DNA of 48,154 nucleotides from a virus (lineage: Duplodnaviria; Caudoviricetes), in IMG/VR virus record IMGVR_UViG_3300022177_000052, positions 1 through 48,154 of that record; one strand, given 5' to 3'. Below, piece after piece: positions 46,802 through 48,154 of this stretch. Made by a program: the position numbers and the translations under genes. The first letter of the stretch is position 1. The number at the start of each line of letters is the position of its first letter. The notes beneath the pieces are model-generated. The model saw only the letters and a list, made by a program, of their open reading frames with translations. It was not told the DNA's origin and did no database searches.

Positions 46802-48016
46802 TCAAATCTTAATATCAGCCTCCAAAACAGGGGTATTGCTTGACAGACCTAATGACTTCAGATAAATCATTGTTGTTGCCAGATCGTAGTGCCTCAATTG
46901 TCGCATTAAGGCATAAGGGTCCTTGATTTCTTTGTACAATTCGACTACTCCGGAGTGTTTCCATGAGTACAGCGTTTTGCTTGAATCAATTTTCAAGGCT
47001 TTTAAAAATTCCTTGTGCATGTGTGTTATTGCGTCAGCTTTCATGCGTTTGGTTTCCCCGGGCAATAAATTCCTACTGAAAACATAAAATCCATGAGGGT
47101 ATTTTTCAAGGTTCAAAGACTTTAAAAAGACCAAAAATTCTTTTGGAATAGAAACGGCCTCTTGTTTCCTATTCTTGGCGGAGCCATAGGTAATCAAAAT
47201 TGTCCGTGATGCCAAACTGATATCATGTATTTTCAGATTCAGAATTTCAGTCCTCCGGAGGTAACAATAATACATAAACTGGACAAAAAGAAAGAGTTGA
47301 GGGTTTTCGGCTTTTAACTTTTTGGCAAGGGCAGTTCTTTCAGTGGTCGTAAATGCAATATTTTTACCAATATCACGTCTAAGGGGCTTTATCCCCTTGA
47401 ATGGATTTTCAGTTATATGCTTTCGCTCAATAAGGAGATTAAACAAGGTTATCAGCATACTCAAATGTTTGTTATGAGTAGAAGCGCCGTAACCAGATGC
47501 AAGCCTACTATCAAGATATTTCCTTGCAAGTTCGTTTGTGAATTGATCAGGCTTGATATTCAACAGTCCCTCGGACTTTAACCACCCCTCAAACACTTTT
47601 TGAACGTCAATGTATGTTCTGGTAGATTCCGGCTTGACGTGGGATTTTCTAATCTCAATAAGGTATTTGAGGGATTCAATTAACGTCTTATTGCTTGATA
47701 TCTTTTTATCGTCTGAGGATTCTGGAAGCCCTTTGGAAGGGGTCCAGCCAAGTTGAAGCAGATCAGATAAAGCAGATTTCAGGGCGTTACCCTCCGCAAT
47801 GCGCTCCGCTTTCGTTGAAAATTTATTTATATCCCCTCTAAGTTGATATTGCTTATAAGCATTCAATTCATTATCGTAATATCTGAAGCCAACAAACCAC
47901 TTTTTATTAAGGTTGTACTTGAAATGATATAGCTTTGGTTTTGAGTACATTTCAACCGCACCACTTATTTGAGGATTTATTTGAGGTAAATTGTAAATAC
48001 TTGATATATAGCGCAA
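46802..48016 (-). CDS. int: Tyrosine recombinase / phage integrase (likely ATG start at 47950)
   Basis: LRRTEILNLKIHDI, K, YSWKHSG, QLRH, T.IYL catalytic pattern; adjacent to a tRNA. Confidence 0.92.
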   Translation of the reverse strand: MRYISSIYNLPQINPQISGAVEMYSKPKLYHFKYNLNKKWFVGFRYYDNELNAYKQYQLRGDINKFSTKAERIAEGNALKSALSDLLQLGWTPSKGLPESSDDKKISSNKTLIESLKYLIEIRKSHVKPESTRTYIDVQKVFEGWLKSEGLLNIKPDQFTNELARKYLDSRLASGYGASTHNKHLSMLITLFNLLIERKHITENPFKGIKPLRRDIGKNIAFTTTERTALAKKLKAENPQLFLFVQFMYYCYLRRTEILNLKIHDISLASRTILITYGSAKNRKQEAVSIPKEFLVFLKSLNLEKYPHGFYVFSRNLLPGETKRMKADAITHMHKEFLKALKIDSSKTLYSWKHSGVVELYKEIKDPYALMRQLRHYDLATTMIYLKSLGLSSNTPVLEADIKI

Positions 48017-48029
48017 TAATTGTGATATG

Positions 48030-48111
48030 TGCGGATGAAGGGACTCGAACCCCCACGCCTCTCGGCACCAGATCCTAAGTCTGGCGCGGCTACCAATTAC
48101 GCCACATCCGC
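48030..48111 (-). tRNA. tRNA-Leu (anticodon TAG); probable attachment site at its 3' end
   Basis: Minus strand GCGGATG...TGGTA...CCAGA-CTTAGGA-TCTGG, long variable arm, GTTCGAGTC, CATCCGC-A; promoter TATATTTG at 48128-48121. Confidence 0.97.
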
Positions 48112-48154
48112 AAGAGCGTGCAAATATACAATTATTTGTAAATACGGGGGTAAA

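Larger units (their letters stand above)
1..48029. mobile_element. Temperate siphovirus-like prophage (Bacteroidetes host), integrated at the tRNA-Leu 3' end; left boundary outside the window
   Basis: Replication, packaging, head, tail and lysis modules plus a tyrosine integrase abutting a tRNA. I saw no second att copy in the window. Confidence 0.93.

Noticed and set aside
48030-48070. Second att core duplicating the tRNA 3' end
   Set aside because: I found no duplicate in the window, so the att core and the left prophage end cannot be defined.

Overview
The window is almost entirely one temperate siphovirus-type prophage of a Bacteroidetes host, judged from TTTG-N19/20-TAnnTTTG promoters and A-rich translation starts without Shine-Dalgarno sequences. 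It ends at a tyrosine integrase next to the 3' end of a tRNA-Leu(TAG), and its left end lies outside the window. Gene order: early recombination/replication genes (RecT-like, PD-(D/E)XK exonuclease, SNF2 helicase, replication initiator); a ParB/glycosyltransferase cluster; terminase, portal and MuF; a ~10 kb accessory island inserted in the head module (RadC/JAB, adenine MTase, ArdC-like and many small ORFs behind repeated promoter cassettes, plus a Cfr10I/Bse634I-type R-M system); capsid, tail and lysis genes; morons; integrase. The strongest unannotated signal is a candidate ~65-nt small RNA at 45715-45779 with a perfect promoter and an intrinsic terminator. Its exposed loop GUUGCUGUUG is the exact complement of a CAACAGCAAC leader found just upstream of the start codons of 17 early or accessory genes and of no virion gene, which suggests a multi-target antisense regulon. 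Other notable items are a MuF protein with a RelA/SpoT-like toxin domain followed by a separately transcribed putative immunity gene, a 7-copy palindromic operator, two ori-like iteron blocks and strong CCGG over-representation. All protein family calls come from motif recognition by eye, not from database searches.
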